A DNA stretch of 64,000 nucleotides, taken from sequence record NC_031120.1; one strand, given 5' to 3'. Made by a program: the position numbers and the translations under genes. The notes beneath the pieces were generated by a model. That model saw nothing but the letters and a program-made list of their open reading frames with translations. It was not told the origin of the DNA and searched no databases. This document shows, piece after piece, positions 26,507 to 38,500 of the stretch. Each line of letters begins with the position of its first letter. Within the stretch, counting starts at the first letter, position 1.

Positions 26507-29500
26507 TTAGCTAGCCTGACGGGACACATTCAGACTAGGGGTCGGTTGCGTATACGACCCTTGGGGTTTCTGACCGGCCGCAGGAGCTTGTCCGCTACCC
26601 GGTTGGAGACTGCCGCCGCGTTGCATCAGATCGCGCATCTCTTTCAAGATGTCACGCATTTCCTTCTGCACAATCAGCTGCTGTTCCCCGACCGTACCAG
26701 TACCAAAGCCACCGGCTGATGGTGACACGTCAGACGCCTGCTGAACCGGATTGGCCTTCGCTTGTGCTTGCGCACGCGCTTCTGCCGCGGCACGAACTTT
26801 CGCCGTGTCTTCATCCGACATGCCATCGGCTTTCGCTTGGGCTTCCACGGTAGCGCCCACGGAGCCAACGTCACTCCCAGCACTACTCGCACCACCCCCA
26901 CCTGGGACAGTCCCACCACCGGAAGCAGCAAGTGCGTCATCGGCACCCATTGCCCCTTTCGTCGCTAAGGCTTCATCACGACGGGCTTTGTTGTCTCCTG
27001 GCAGGTCATTGGCAGCTCCAGCAACACCACCGACACCCTCACCACCGCCCGCAGCAACCGCTGGACTTGACGAGGTTGGGGTTAATCCACCGGTCAGTTC
27101 TTTGGTCATCTTCGGATCGGCATTAGCGGTGTTGGCGGCAACGCTGCCCATACGGCCGTTCAGCTCCTGAACCACTTCGTTCAAGGTACGCATCCGGCCG
27201 TTGGCAGTGAAGAACACCGACTTGTTCGCCCCCATGACCTTGCGGGTCACAGACGGCGCTGCCGAAGCAGGCGCGTTCGGGTTCTTTCTCCAGGCTTGCA
27301 GGAATTGACGACCACCGCCAGCCCCCATGAAGTGATACAGATAAGCAACCGCAGGGGGAGGAGCAACCCCTCCCAAATCATTCTGCGCGGACTTGATGTT
27401 GTCGCGGATGAACTGCAACCCGAGGATTGCGTTCGCATGAGGATCGTACTGACCCCCACCGCGAGCAAACAGCTGAGACGGAATCCCGTAGTTGTTTGCG
27501 TACTTACTCATCATGCCGTCCCACGTTCCGTCAATGAACTGGAAGAGACCAGCGGCTGACGATGACGGGGATTTTGCTTTGTAGTTGAACTTGGATTCGG
27601 CATACGCCATCCCCAAGGCCACACCCGGCGGAACACCCATTTTCTGGGCGACTTCCACAATCATCTTCTTCACAGCATCTTTGTTGTTGAGGCTGCTCAG
27701 CGGGTATTTCTGTACCAGCTCCTTGTAGTTGCCTTCGGCGACATCCCCAAGGTTAATGGCCACGTTCCCGGTGGAGAACTTGGCGTAGTTACCTACCCCA
27801 CCCATGGCGTTCACGTTATCCGCGATATCACTCGGAATCCCGGTGAAGCCTTTGCCCCCGAAGCCACCTGCCGCTTGCATCTTGGCTTGTTCTTCGGCGG
27901 TGTACGTTTGATTCGCACCGGTTTCATCGGTGACGTACATGTGGGTGCGTGGGTCTTTCTTCTGCCACTGGGCAATCTTCCTGTTGTCCACTTTCTTCTC
28001 GTTGAGCAGATTGCGGACGTTCAGGTCGGCTTGCTTGGACAGCTCTTTCAGCGTGGTCAGTTCCTTTTCCACGGAGTTCGGGTCGGTGTTCGCCCCGTCA
28101 TCACTCCACGGCACCAATGCCACTTCCCACACGGACTGACGGATACCGGCGCGCATGTTGTAAGCACGCGAGGTCAGTAAGCCCAGTTCGTACAGGTAGC
28201 CCCCAGTCATGGAGACTTTCAGTGGGTCACCGGCGGGGTCGTAACGTTTGAAGCCACAGACGTAGAACATGAAGGTCGGTAAGAAGCGGTTCACGAACCA
28301 GTGGTGGACAGAATCCCCTCGCGGGGTTTGCCACACCTGCGGCGCAACGATATCCGTCGCCTCAGTCCATTTCCCGTTATACGTCCCGGTCTTCGTGTTG
28401 ATTTGCGGCAAGACGAAGGCTTCCATTTCTTTCAGCATTGCCACGTAGCCAGAATCGAGGTTCTTCAACCCGTAGGTTTTCATCCTGATCGATTCGAGCG
28501 CGTCCACGTCTTTCTGTTGCAACGTCCCCAGATGGTCAACCTGAATCGAGACGGATTCAGTGCCATCTTCCCAACCTTCTTTCTTCACCGTGTTTTTCTG
28601 CGTTTCCGTGTCCATGGTGTTCAGCGCCGTGAAGGCATCCTTCACCCCAGTCGACTGAAGGCCCTGGGCTTTCAGCGTACGCATCTTACGGTTCTTGTCA
28701 TCGTTCATGCGTTTGTTGATTTCACGCAAGGTGTCTTCCTGCACCTCCATCACTTCATCCGCATCCAGGAACTGTGGCGAGGTGAACGTCACGGTATCCC
28801 AGGCACTGGACCAGAAGCCCTGGTTGACTTTACGTGGATCTTCTAACGCACGCAACTGTACCGCGTCTTTGGTTAACGCGGTTTTGCTGTGGATGGTCAG
28901 CATCTCTTCTTTGGTCAGCTTCGATGCATCCCCCACCTCGGACAGCTGGATATCACGGTCCATGGCTTTCAGTACCGTCAGCCAACGCAGGTACACCGGA
29001 ATAAAGCGTTGTAGCATGTGCGCCTGGAACGCCAGCATTTCGCCTTTGTCCTCAACGTTAATGCCATAACCTCCGGCCAGTTCCTGCACTTCCTTCCCAC
29101 CGAGGCCACGACAGCTTGCTTGTCCTTCGCCGTTAAAGGCGATGAACGGTTTCAGCTTGTCTTCCAGATAACGGACTTTGGCCCCGTCATCCGTTGACCA
29201 CTTATCGTAATCCCGGTAACCGTACTGCGCGATACGCATGGTGTCCAGGTACGAGGTGTATGTAGAGGTGGCGATACGGTACGCTGCAATCCCGGTACCG
29301 ACGACCGCCCCGACCAGTAACGTCACCGGCCACCCGAGGGTTGCCACGATACTGGCGGCAGTGGTAGCCACCGGCATGATAAGACCGCGCATCGCGGCAC
29401 CGCCTAACAGGCGAGCACCACCCGAGGCTAACCACCACGCCGCTTTACCGAGACCGGCTGCCGGTTTAATGAGGCCCCATTTCGCAATCGTGCCGACGAT

Positions 29501-32500
29501 ACTGCCCACGGTACCCAGAATGGAAACTAACGGCCCAATCAACGGCAGTCCTTTGAAGAAGTCCATGATGCCGCCTTTCTTCTTCCCACGGTCACCGCCT
29601 GCGGATGCAGGCGTACCATCGTCCTCGCCACTGCGCTTACGACGGAACCACTGGAAGTAGTCGCGCTTCTCCCCGCTGCTGTTAAACTTCACGCGGCGGG
29701 AGAACTTGTTCATCATGCCCCGGACCACCCCATCGCCTGCCCCCGATTCTTGCAGGGACGAACGCATGGTGTTGAACCAGGTAACTTCTTGCAGGTCAAC
29801 CATTTTATTCAGACGGTCAAGCACCCGTGCCCCTACCGACTTCGCTTTATTGCGACCGGTATTGATGACGTTGCCTGCTGCATCTTTTAACTCTTCCACA
29901 TCGTCCATGGCCGCGGAACGAATCTTGGCTTTGGAGAACCCACCACGACGGTTAAGTCTTTCACGATAGAACGCTGCTACGTCGTCGTCACGACCCATCA
30001 GGTGCTTCTCGATCATGTAGCGGGTGCCAATATCGTGCTCGGCCCCACGGAACGAATCCCCAATGCTGTTTGCGCGCTCGCCAAGACGGCCGAACCACCC
30101 GCGCAACGCATCACGTTTCCCCCCAAACCAACTGCGGCCGCTGTTGATGCGGCCACCGAAACGGCTGTTAAAGCGACGACGCAACTGACGAGCAGCCACC
30201 TTCCCTTTGCGTACAGCACGCTCCAGGGATTTCGACCCCCCGACATTCTTCTCCAGCTCCTCTGTCCAGGAATCGTCTTCCGGTTCCCCGGCAAGACGTT
30301 GGTTCAGAAGTTTGTAGATACGAATCAGAATGTGGTTGGTTTTCTTGGTGCCCGACATACCGCCAAACAAGCTGTTACCACTGAACCAGTTGCCGCCCTT
30401 CCCGCTACCCCCTTTAAACCAGTTAGCAACCGGGTTATTGAAGGCAAAGTGCTTCAGACGAGACCCGGCATCACGCAGACGACCAGGAATACCCATGAGC
30501 AGGTCGCGACCCCACCCAGCGATACGTCCTATACGTCCTACAATGCGCCCTAACGGGCTTTTCACAGACCGACCCCACTTGTCTACCAGGGCGAACTCCG
30601 GGTTCTGTAGCTCGCTTGCAGAGATGATGGTGTTGCCTTCTTTATCCTCAATCGGACCACTGATCTCTTCCAGCTTATAGACCGGTTGTTTGGTCACGCT
30701 GTTGATGTAGTGTCCCTGACGCATCAGGTGCGCGTATAAGCGCGGTTGGGCATCCCCCTTGACGTAGATGTCCGGCAGATTAGTAAACCAGTCACGGGCC
30801 GATTTAAGGCGCGGAGCGATACTGTCGAGCACACGCTTTGGGGCACCGAGGATTTTGTTACCCAGTTCACCGCCTTTACGGGCAATACCCTGGAACAGAC
30901 TTTGTACCCTGCCGCCTTTATAGTAGCGCAGCTTCCCGGCCGCGGCTAAGTCCGCTGCGGTCAGGATGATGTTACCGTCTTCGTCCACAATGTCACGCCC
31001 CAGACGAATATCGTCCAAGGTTTTCAATTGCTTCGGCTGTGAACCGGAACCGCTACCGACTTGATAGTATTCGCCGTTCTCCAGTTTCTTGCCCTGAAGG
31101 ACCACGTTGCCTTTCTCGTCGTAGATGTCCTTAATTCCGAGCAGTCCCTGACCGAAGGACACCGCAGTATTGAAGGCACCAGAGAACCCGCCACCAATCA
31201 ACCCGCGTGCCCGTTCGAAGATGCTTGGACCAGACGACGGACCACCGAACTTACCGCGTACCCAACTGCCGAGTTTACCCAGACGGTCTTTCCCGGCATT
31301 GAAGCCGCGCTTGCCTAAGTTAAAGGCTCCGCCTGCGGTATCAAACAGAATCCCACCCCACCGTCGTAACAGGCCAGATTCACCCAGCACGATTCGACGA
31401 CGGCGCGGACCTGCACCCGGACGTGGTGGACCCATTTGCTCTTCGGCGTCGCCGCCACTGCCACCGCCTTCAAGGGAGGCCAGCAGAACACCATTTTCGT
31501 CCATTGACTTCACATGCTCCAGGATTTTCTCCTGAATCGTGGTGATGTTAATGCCGCGAATGGCTTCAACGATACGGTCAGTATCATTGGTGGTTTTGCT
31601 GCCATCGGTTACGCCTTTCAGTAGGTCGACGAAGTTGGTTTCCGTTTCACCATAAAGGACACGCGCCAGTTGTACCGGCGACATCCCCCGACCGCGTTTA
31701 CCTTTACCACCACCACCGCCACCTGAAGGACCGCCGCCAAACGGATTGCCTTCCGCTAACGGGTCATCGTCCGCACCCCCTTGGTACTTGGCACGCAGTA
31801 AGTCAGCCAGTGCTGAGTTGTTCTTCAACTTGCGCTGAATCTCTTGGTCGAGAGTCAATGCTTTACCGCTGCGGGTTTTGCCCATGCGGGTGTCGTTGAA
31901 CAAGGTGAACGGGTCAGCGAAGTCTTTGTCTACGCCGAAGGTGTCGTTCTTGGCATCGTAGCGGAAGATACCGGCATCGCGCAATGCACGCTCGCCGTAA
32001 ATGGCAGCCGCGGTGTCAATGTTTTTCTGGTAGCCTTTTACATGATGTCGCGCACTCTGGAACTTATCTTCCAGTTCGTTCGACAGCTGCCAGGTTCCAC
32101 CGGTCATCGGGTTGGATTTCTTGCGCAGTAATTCAACCACCGCATCCGCACTGTTCCCGGACATGTAACGCATCAGATGGTTACTGTCTTTCAGAATCGC
32201 GTCCACGTCCATGGCACGGCCCTGCGAGATACGGCTTTCGAGGTAGTTGGCCAGACCTTGACGGTCTTTGTCACTCAGCTCTTTCTTCTCGTCGAGGTAG
32301 TCAACGATTTCCCAGATGCTTTCCTGCTGCTTGATACGTCCTTTATCATCCGCCACACCTTTACGGATACGGTCAGACAACTGACGCCGGGTGGTAAAGC
32401 CACGGGTCGTGATGTCGTATTCCATATCGGCATGTTCGCCGTAACCACGACGGATCGATTTGTTAATCTCGGACAACCAGGCCGGAATCACTTCCACCAA

Positions 32501-33871
32501 GGCCAAGTGTGCACGGCGGTCGAACTTGGCGACCCGGTTAAGGGCTTCACCATCACGCTCGTCCAGGAACGCTCGTTCGCGGTTCATTGGGTTGATAATC
32601 CCAAAGTCGCGACCCATGCGGAACACATCTGCCGCCGTACCGTCCGCCTCTCCCGCCATCGCCGAGTTGGCAATCGTACCCTGTGTCCAGCCCCGGGATT
32701 TAAACTGGGCCTGGTGCAGCTTGGTCATGTACTCGGGACGTTCTTCCATCCAGGCACGGGTTTTGCCCTGCACCTTACCGACCAACGGTTGCGCAAACTT
32801 CTTGGTAAGGAAGCTGGTTAACCAACCCACCCCTTTGTCACGGCTGTTCTTCTTCCGGCTGTCCGGGGACAGGCTGGAATCATCGTCCATGCCAAAGTCA
32901 TCTTCGACTTGTGACCCCATCAACATCTCAAGCGCCATACGGCCATCGCCGAACGCCTGAGAAATCTTCTTGGTCATGTTGTCGCGGACTTGGTTCATGA
33001 ACCCTTCGCCGTAGCGCAGGGGGTTCATCCATTCGGCCGCTTTACGCTTGATGTTCGCCCAGTGAATCTCCGAGAACTCTTCTTTCGCATAGTCCGGCAA
33101 CGCGGTGTTCTTCACAATCGCTTCGAGGGCCGGGGTATTACGATCGAACTCGGTTTGTTTCAGCTTGGCAATATCTTGCAGCGCAAACAGGGTACGGTAT
33201 TGCAGTTCCAGCTGTTTACGTTGAACGTTTAAGAACACACCCTTCGACAGACCGGTTTGCGTGTGAACGTCACGGGCAATGCTCAGCACCGTGTTCATCA
33301 TCGCATCGGACTTCATGTCCTTCACGGCATCACGCAGACGGTCTTCGGTGGCATTCTGACGGGCTTCGGTCTGCTGCTCTTCGGTCATTTGCTGACCGGC
33401 ACCAAACACCTCACCCATCATCCGGTCGAGACCGGCTTGCTGCGGATCGTAGTTACCTCCGCCGTAGGCTTCGTCGTCAGAACGCGCCCATTTGTTAATC
33501 CGGTTGGTCAGGCTATCGGGCAGATAGCGCTTGAGGGTTGGCCCTAATTGACGGGCTTGTTGCTTGATAACACGCTCGGTCTTGACTATCTCGTCTTTGG
33601 TATGAGCGTACACGTCTTTCGCCACGCCAGCCGCGTTCTGATAGCCATTCCAGGCTTCGGTCGCAGGCTGAGGCATGCCTTTTAAAATGACCTGGTCACG
33701 TTTACCGCGTGGCCAAATGGTCGCCAGAGCAGACTTACGCACTTGGTTCGCTGTATCAAGAACCGGGTTGCGCGATTTACTGTTGTTCTGGCGGGGCGGT
33801 TCGTCGAAATCATCCCAATCGACATCATCAAAACCGAGATCGTCGAAATCGTCTTTTTTTGCCATTTTCAT
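26507..33871 (-). CDS. Giant tail protein with C-terminal lytic transglycosylase (tape-measure-like, phiKZ gp181-like)
   Basis: ~2450 aa; SLT motif VAQKMGVPPGVALGMAYAESKFNYKAKSPSSSAAGLFQFIDGTW; basic/Gly-rich helical regions and hydrophobic segments. Confidence 0.9.
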   Translation of the reverse strand: MKMAKKDDFDDLGFDDVDWDDFDEPPRQNNSKSRNPVLDTANQVRKSALATIWPRGKRDQVILKGMPQPATEAWNGYQNAAGVAKDVYAHTKDEIVKTERVIKQQARQLGPTLKRYLPDSLTNRINKWARSDDEAYGGGNYDPQQAGLDRMMGEVFGAGQQMTEEQQTEARQNATEDRLRDAVKDMKSDAMMNTVLSIARDVHTQTGLSKGVFLNVQRKQLELQYRTLFALQDIAKLKQTEFDRNTPALEAIVKNTALPDYAKEEFSEIHWANIKRKAAEWMNPLRYGEGFMNQVRDNMTKKISQAFGDGRMALEMLMGSQVEDDFGMDDDSSLSPDSRKKNSRDKGVGWLTSFLTKKFAQPLVGKVQGKTRAWMEERPEYMTKLHQAQFKSRGWTQGTIANSAMAGEADGTAADVFRMGRDFGIINPMNRERAFLDERDGEALNRVAKFDRRAHLALVEVIPAWLSEINKSIRRGYGEHADMEYDITTRGFTTRRQLSDRIRKGVADDKGRIKQQESIWEIVDYLDEKKELSDKDRQGLANYLESRISQGRAMDVDAILKDSNHLMRYMSGNSADAVVELLRKKSNPMTGGTWQLSNELEDKFQSARHHVKGYQKNIDTAAAIYGERALRDAGIFRYDAKNDTFGVDKDFADPFTLFNDTRMGKTRSGKALTLDQEIQRKLKNNSALADLLRAKYQGGADDDPLAEGNPFGGGPSGGGGGGKGKRGRGMSPVQLARVLYGETETNFVDLLKGVTDGSKTTNDTDRIVEAIRGINITTIQEKILEHVKSMDENGVLLASLEGGGSGGDAEEQMGPPRPGAGPRRRRIVLGESGLLRRWGGILFDTAGGAFNLGKRGFNAGKDRLGKLGSWVRGKFGGPSSGPSIFERARGLIGGGFSGAFNTAVSFGQGLLGIKDIYDEKGNVVLQGKKLENGEYYQVGSGSGSQPKQLKTLDDIRLGRDIVDEDGNIILTAADLAAAGKLRYYKGGRVQSLFQGIARKGGELGNKILGAPKRVLDSIAPRLKSARDWFTNLPDIYVKGDAQPRLYAHLMRQGHYINSVTKQPVYKLEEISGPIEDKEGNTIISASELQNPEFALVDKWGRSVKSPLGRIVGRIGRIAGWGRDLLMGIPGRLRDAGSRLKHFAFNNPVANWFKGGSGKGGNWFSGNSLFGGMSGTKKTNHILIRIYKLLNQRLAGEPEDDSWTEELEKNVGGSKSLERAVRKGKVAARQLRRRFNSRFGGRINSGRSWFGGKRDALRGWFGRLGERANSIGDSFRGAEHDIGTRYMIEKHLMGRDDDVAAFYRERLNRRGGFSKAKIRSAAMDDVEELKDAAGNVINTGRNKAKSVGARVLDRLNKMVDLQEVTWFNTMRSSLQESGAGDGVVRGMMNKFSRRVKFNSSGEKRDYFQWFRRKRSGEDDGTPASAGGDRGKKKGGIMDFFKGLPLIGPLVSILGTVGSIVGTIAKWGLIKPAAGLGKAAWWLASGGARLLGGAAMRGLIMPVATTAASIVATLGWPVTLLVGAVVGTGIAAYRIATSTYTSYLDTMRIAQYGYRDYDKWSTDDGAKVRYLEDKLKPFIAFNGEGQASCRGLGGKEVQELAGGYGINVEDKGEMLAFQAHMLQRFIPVYLRWLTVLKAMDRDIQLSEVGDASKLTKEEMLTIHSKTALTKDAVQLRALEDPRKVNQGFWSSAWDTVTFTSPQFLDADEVMEVQEDTLREINKRMNDDKNRKMRTLKAQGLQSTGVKDAFTALNTMDTETQKNTVKKEGWEDGTESVSIQVDHLGTLQQKDVDALESIRMKTYGLKNLDSGYVAMLKEMEAFVLPQINTKTGTYNGKWTEATDIVAPQVWQTPRGDSVHHWFVNRFLPTFMFYVCGFKRYDPAGDPLKVSMTGGYLYELGLLTSRAYNMRAGIRQSVWEVALVPWSDDGANTDPNSVEKELTTLKELSKQADLNVRNLLNEKKVDNRKIAQWQKKDPRTHMYVTDETGANQTYTAEEQAKMQAAGGFGGKGFTGIPSDIADNVNAMGGVGNYAKFSTGNVAINLGDVAEGNYKELVQKYPLSSLNNKDAVKKMIVEVAQKMGVPPGVALGMAYAESKFNYKAKSPSSSAAGLFQFIDGTWDGMMSKYANNYGIPSQLFARGGGQYDPHANAILGLQFIRDNIKSAQNDLGGVAPPPAVAYLYHFMGAGGGRQFLQAWRKNPNAPASAAPSVTRKVMGANKSVFFTANGRMRTLNEVVQELNGRMGSVAANTANADPKMTKELTGGLTPTSSSPAVAAGGGEGVGGVAGAANDLPGDNKARRDEALATKGAMGADDALAASGGGTVPGGGGASSAGSDVGSVGATVEAQAKADGMSDEDTAKVRAAAEARAQAQAKANPVQQASDVSPSAGGFGTGTVGEQQLIVQKEMRDILKEMRDLMQRGGSLQPGSGQAPAAGQKPQGSYTQPTPSLNVSRQAS

Positions 33872-33894
33872 TACTTCCAATTCAGGAGCTTAAC

Positions 33895-35508
33895 GTGAAG
33901 AAGCTAAACTGGGTTGACATTTACCTGTTAAACGTCAACAAGTCCCTGGTGTCACATTTGAAGCCGGTGACTACGACCGACACCTTCCAGGGCATGACGA
34001 AAAACTTTCACCCGGAAGGTCTTTACTCTACCGAAATCTTCGGCCTGACAGGCAGCGAAGAGCGTGACGCTACGTTCGCGTACATTGATGTAAAACTCGA
34101 CATCATTTCTCCTACCGTGTGTTTAGGGTTGTTCGGGTTGAAGCAACTCTACGAGGAAATTTGTGCGGGTCGTCGCTTTGCAGTATGGAGCGACAAAGAA
34201 AAAGATTTCTCGCCAGCGCTGCCCGGTGATAAAGGTGCAGACACCGGCATGAACTTCTTCCTGTCTCACTACAAAGAGTTGGCCCCGGCGCGCAACGACT
34301 CGATGCGTCGTGATGACTCACTCGACTTCTTCTTCAAGTTCCGTGACGTGAGTGTGAACCGTCATGTGCTGGTATTGCCTGCGGGTCTGCGTGACCTGAT
34401 TGTGCGAGAAGATGGCCGTGACCAGGAAGAAGATATCGGGGGCATGTACCGCCGACTCATCTCGCTGTCCCGTGCGGTTCCCGACCGCAATATCCAAACG
34501 GAACTGACTGACCCGTTGCGCTGGAAACTCCAGCAGGCGTACAACGACATCTGGATGTACTTCTTTAACATCCTCGATGGCAAAGGCGGGTTTACCCGTC
34601 GTAAGGTGACCTCCCGTAAGTTGATGAACGGCACACGTAACGTGTTGTCTTCGTTCTCAACCGGGTCGAAGGTCATGGGTCGTGAAGACCAGGTGCGGGC
34701 GACCGACACGCGTGTCGGGTTGTTCCAGGGGTTGAAGTCACTCTTGCCGGTAGCGCAGTATAACATTCGCGAACGTTATCTGAGCCAAATCCGTGCCGGT
34801 GATGGCAACTTATACGGTGTCAACACCAAAACCCTGCGAAGGGAATTGCTCGAAGTCAAAGGGAAGGTCTACGACCTGTACACCACCGACGACGGCGTGG
34901 AGAAGTTGATTAACCGGCTGGAAGCGCGTGAACTGCGCCATGCTCCACTGATGATTGATAAAGACCACTACGTGGCACTTATCTATCAGGATGCCAAACA
35001 CTTCAAAGTGTTCTTTGACATTGAGGATTTGCCTGCGGGACGCGACCGTAAAAACGTGCGCGGAATTTCACTCGGCGAGCTGTTGTACCTATCCGGGTAT
35101 GACCTCTGGAATAACTACTTCATGTTCGTCACGCGCTACCCGATCATCGGGCGCGGTTCGACGTACTCCTCGACCATAAGATTGGAGACCACGGTCTCCT
35201 CCTTGTATCTCCATGAGCTGGAAGATGACTGGGAAACCGCGAAGGAGAAGGGGGCGATCAGCTTCCCGGATCGTAATATTCCGACGTGGGTAGAATCTAT
35301 GGCACCGCACCCTTCCCGACTGAAAGGGTTGAACGGTGACTACGACGGTGACACCGGTTCCGGTAACGTCCCGTTCTCGCAGGAAGCAATGGAAGAGAAC
35401 CTCCGCTGGGTGAATTCGAAGAATTATTGGTTTACCACCAACGGCAAGTTTAAAGTAGCCCCCGTTAACGACGTTATTGAGCGTGCGATCAACTCGCTGC
35501 TGCAATAG
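33895..35508 (+). CDS. Virion RNA polymerase beta' subunit, N-terminal part with catalytic motif (phiKZ gp180-like)
   Basis: HPEGLYSTEIFG, VLVLPAGLRD, TRYPII, catalytic LNGDYDGD; GTG start at 33895 with AGGAG RBS. Confidence 0.92.
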   Translation: MKKLNWVDIYLLNVNKSLVSHLKPVTTTDTFQGMTKNFHPEGLYSTEIFGLTGSEERDATFAYIDVKLDIISPTVCLGLFGLKQLYEEICAGRRFAVWSDKEKDFSPALPGDKGADTGMNFFLSHYKELAPARNDSMRRDDSLDFFFKFRDVSVNRHVLVLPAGLRDLIVREDGRDQEEDIGGMYRRLISLSRAVPDRNIQTELTDPLRWKLQQAYNDIWMYFFNILDGKGGFTRRKVTSRKLMNGTRNVLSSFSTGSKVMGREDQVRATDTRVGLFQGLKSLLPVAQYNIRERYLSQIRAGDGNLYGVNTKTLRRELLEVKGKVYDLYTTDDGVEKLINRLEARELRHAPLMIDKDHYVALIYQDAKHFKVFFDIEDLPAGRDRKNVRGISLGELLYLSGYDLWNNYFMFVTRYPIIGRGSTYSSTIRLETTVSSLYLHELEDDWETAKEKGAISFPDRNIPTWVESMAPHPSRLKGLNGDYDGDTGSGNVPFSQEAMEENLRWVNSKNYWFTTNGKFKVAPVNDVIERAINSLLQ

Positions 35509-35527
35509 CGGGTGATTAAGGACCATC

Positions 35528-38500
35528 ATGCTTCTCATTAAACAGTTTAACCAACGCTTCTCCGTTCGTAAGACGGATGAGTTCGGGAAACCGCGTATTA
35601 TCCCGCTGGAGAAATTCCAGATTCCCCGCGGGTCGGTTTTCCATACCGTGGACTTAGACCAGGTGGTGCTTGCGCCACCGGTCACCACCCCGTATTTCCA
35701 GGAGCTGGAAAAGCCAGCACAAGTACGTCACCACTTTAAGCTGCCGGAAGATGGGATTTCCGGTCGTCCTATCCCGGTTCCGGTACAAGGTCAGGAACGT
35801 CAGATTCTGGCCTACCACCGTACCAACCGTCGCTTCCGTCGTCTGTCGCAATCCGACGAGTTAGTGCGTACCGATCCAAAGGTGCTGCTCATTGAGAACT
35901 ACACCCCAATGCTGCCGCACTACCGCTACCCGGATACCATGTTGTCCTGGTACGATCGTCTGCGTAACGTGCAGGTGTTGATGAGCAACCAGCTCAAATA
36001 CGACAGTGCCGAGTACCTGCGTCAGAACTACATGATTATCAATGTTGGTTCAACGCTGCCTGCGTACGACAAGTTTAAGAATACCTTTAACGACCGTGTC
36101 AAAACCAAACTGGAACGTTTCCAGAGTTTTGATCTGCTGTGGTTGCTCGAGCTGTTTGCCTGGGCGATTGGTCAGCAGGAGTCGTCGCTGTTTGCCGGTA
36201 TGGACATGACCCAGTTATCCCGTACCAACTTTGTGTTCACCCACAACACCGGGTTCACCGTGATGAACATGGGCGTGGTGGAGAAGATGCGTAAGTCTGC
36301 CGGGGGTCGTCTGACCGATGAGCAGATGGCCCGTGCTTTCTACCGTACCCTGATTCGCGTAATGACCGCGAAGCCGGACATGGTGTCTGAACTCGAAGTC
36401 GTCAATGCCGATGGCGAAGAGGAAATCATTGTTCAGGACGTCGAGAATGACGATATCGTGGATGGTGTCGATGACGTGACCGATGAAGACATCGTGAACG
36501 ACGTTATCGTGCCGGAAGACGATTTCGATACCAAAGAAGACTTGGTCATCGATGCGCCGAAAGAAGATGTGAAACCCACGACGATTGTGGTTGAGAAAAC
36601 CATTAATCACGCGGATGTCATTAAGCAGGAAGTGGACAAGCTGGCTGAAGCTGGACGTGTCTCAGCGAAAGCCTTTAAGTTCCTCAATGACGCTACCGAG
36701 CGTTTTAACGCGCTGCCAAACCCGTACAACCCGAAAGAAACGTACGGCGAAGCCATGGTCGTGGATGCCAAGAAGATTGAAATTAAACCCGTCACGACGC
36801 TGCGGGAACCTGTCGTTACTACCACAGACTGGACGCAGTCTTCGGTGGATGCGATGGACAAGCAGTACAACACCGAGATTCTGCCAAAAGACATTCTGGC
36901 GGCAGTAGCGTCATCTCAACGTCTGGGCCTTGTTGTCCACAACCACACGGTCGAAAAAGAAGTTTCCGTGACCGGCAGTCTCGAACACCACACCCTCCGT
37001 GTCCAGCCAATCGGCGGGGAACCAGTAACGGTCCGTTTCCAGGTTCCTGCATTGACTGAAGACGGTACGTGGGTTGCGAATGGTACTGAATACACCATGC
37101 GTCGCCAACGTGTCGATATTCCGATCCGTAAAGTTGACCACGAGACCGTGGCCCTCACCACCGCATACGGTAAGAACTTTGTTCGTCGTAGTGACAAAGT
37201 CGTTAACGACTACGGTCGCTGGCTGTCGAATGCGATTATCGTGCGGGCAGTAGACCCGAAAGATACGACCATTACCGATGCCAAACTGGCAAACGTGTTT
37301 GACCCGCTGGCAACCTTGCCGCGGCAATACACCATGGTGTCACGTCGTATCTCGACCTTTAATGCTATTGGCTATCAGTGGAACTTTGATTCGAAAGCGT
37401 TGGAGTCCTTCTTTGGGGCAGACATCGTGAAGTCGATGGCGAAGAAAGAACTGACGCCGGTAGCGAAAGGACGGGGCGGGTTGCTGATGGGGATGGATGA
37501 CCACTCCCAGATGTATAAAGTGAACGGGGACAAGATTGAACCGCTGGGGACGCTGGCCGATACCTTAGGGTTTGACCAATCGAAAACCCCACGCGAAATG
37601 ACGGAACTGTCGATCATGGGCAAAGCCCTGCCGCTCGGTTTCATCTTTGCTTTCTACCTCGGCCTGACAGGTATGCTGCGACACTTCGGTATTCGCTTCG
37701 AAATCCTGCCGCCGGGACAACGTATTGACAAAACGACCTACGACTCCATCTTCCGTCTTTCGGATGCGAAGATTGTGGCGATGTGTGACAACGACAAACA
37801 GCGCATGATTCTCAATGGGCTGGACAAGTACGTGAAGCACCTCACCACCTACACGGAATCGGAAGTCGACCGGGAAGACATTTACCTCAACCTTATTCGC
37901 GATGCAGATGGGCTGACGCCTCGCTACATCAATGAGCTTCGACTGATGCGGACCGCCTTCGTCGATGACATGCACGCGCGTCTTTTGCGGAAGATGGGTG
38001 AACCGGAAACCTTCATTGGGCTATTAGAACGTTCAAACGAGCTGTTGCAGAACGACCACACCCTACCCGAAATCAACGGCGATGAAATGATGTTCGTCGG
38101 TAATCAGCGTATTGCCTACCACATCTATACCGCGCTTGTCCGTGCGCAGCGTAACTACATTAACGCCCCGGGCAGTAACCGTAAGTTTGAATTGTCGCAG
38201 GACATGGTGTGGGGTGAGATTAACTCTGACCCATCCGTGCTGTTGGCACCGGGTGCAAACCCGATTCAGTTTATTAAGGAGAAAGACGTTATCACCATGG
38301 GTGGTACCGGCGGCCGTAACCGCAAGACCATGGTGTACCACACGCGTGAATTCCAGAAATCTGACCTGGGCATCGTGTCCGGGAACACCGTCGATAACGG
38401 TGACGTAGGTATCACGGCTTTCTTAGTTAACAACCCGCGCTTCGACACTGTCGATGGCACAACCAAGCCTCTGGAGGGGGGCGGTCAGCCGGGTGAGCTG

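Noticed and set aside
26507-31760. Gly-rich GGN/ACC runs in the giant tail protein as a repeat element
   Set aside because: Simple low-complexity linker codons, not a discrete repeat.
33709-33894. Upstream extensions given by the ORF track (33709, 18830, 14671, 6357, 3777, 21171, 49768)
   Set aside because: They overlap neighbouring genes; downstream starts have clear RBSs and match expected protein N-termini.
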